Of a stretch of DNA of 64,000 bases, positions 63,516-64,000 are shown in pieces. The DNA is from Octopus sinensis (lineage: Eukaryota): contig NC_042998.1 of assembly GCF_006345805.1 (NCBI RefSeq), forward strand, positions 35,650,001-35,714,000, written 5' to 3'. The notes under the pieces were generated by a model. That model was not told the DNA's origin. It searched no databases and was given only the letters and a program-made list of their open reading frames with translations. A program made the translations under genes and the position numbers. Position 1 is the stretch's first letter. Each line of letters starts with the position of its first letter.

Positions 63516-64000
63516 TGATTGTAGAGCAGATACACATAAGCAGCTTATACAGCTGATATAGTTTGAAGGTCACCTTTAAATTTGTTTTTTGTTTTACAAC
63601 CTATTTTAGATGTAATTAAATTAAATTTGACAAAGCATTTATTTTGCCACTACTTATCTTAATGCCAACAAAATCAGTAGGTATTACACATAAAAGTATA
63701 AAGCCTACTGGGTTCCGGGTTCAGTGTGTGACACCTTGGGTAAGTGTCTTCTACTGTAGCCTCAGGCCGACCAAAGCCTTATGAGTGGATTTGTGCATTA
63801 GCCACAAATACCTACAATAATATACAAATATATATATAGGCGACGAGCTGGCAGAAACGGGTGAAATGCTTAGCGGTATTTCGTCCCCTCTTTACGTTCT
63901 GAGTTCAAATTCCGCCGAGGTCAACTTTGCCTTTCATCCTTTCAGGGTCAATAAATTAAGTACCAGTTATGCACTGGGGTTGATATAATCGACTTAATCC

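Noticed and set aside
62529-63561. Poly-V/P/G/N/I ORFs
   Set aside because: They are translations of (ACC)n and (ATT)n microsatellites.

Overview
Repeat-dense, AT-rich animal genomic DNA. The tRNA-derived SINEs and (GAT)n-tailed RTE family suggest an octopus-type cephalopod; this is an inference. One host gene can be fully reconstructed on the minus strand: SPOUT1 (C9orf114/CENP-32-like SPOUT methyltransferase), 11 coding exons, complement(join(12969..13028,16537..16684,19312..19513,23985..24054,25281..25411,27078..27202,28603..28673,30460..30548,31489..31611,37056..37089,42173..42271)) = 1152 nt, 383 aa plus stop. All introns are GT-AG and the phases are compatible. The rest is mostly transposon-derived: RTE 3' ends, at least four SINE families, R4-like, CRE-like and CR1-like LINE relics, mariner relics, Helitrons, and piggyBac, Tc1 and Mutator-like MITEs. 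The most striking signal is a tRNA-headed short retroelement carrying a hammerhead-like core. It occurs twice as a head-to-head inverted dimer, each bracketed by a 13-bp target-site duplication and with the same ~30-nt end asymmetry, and once as a five-unit tandem array. These architectures are typical of Penelope-like elements rather than ordinary SINEs. Also notable are a U6 snRNA-RTE 3'UTR chimera, a 4.6-kb higher-order satellite grown from an RTE 3'UTR, a tRNA-SINE head joined to the 5' end of an R4-like LINE, and CpG-rich MITEs upstream of the SPOUT1 start. Family assignments come from motif recognition only; no database searches were run.
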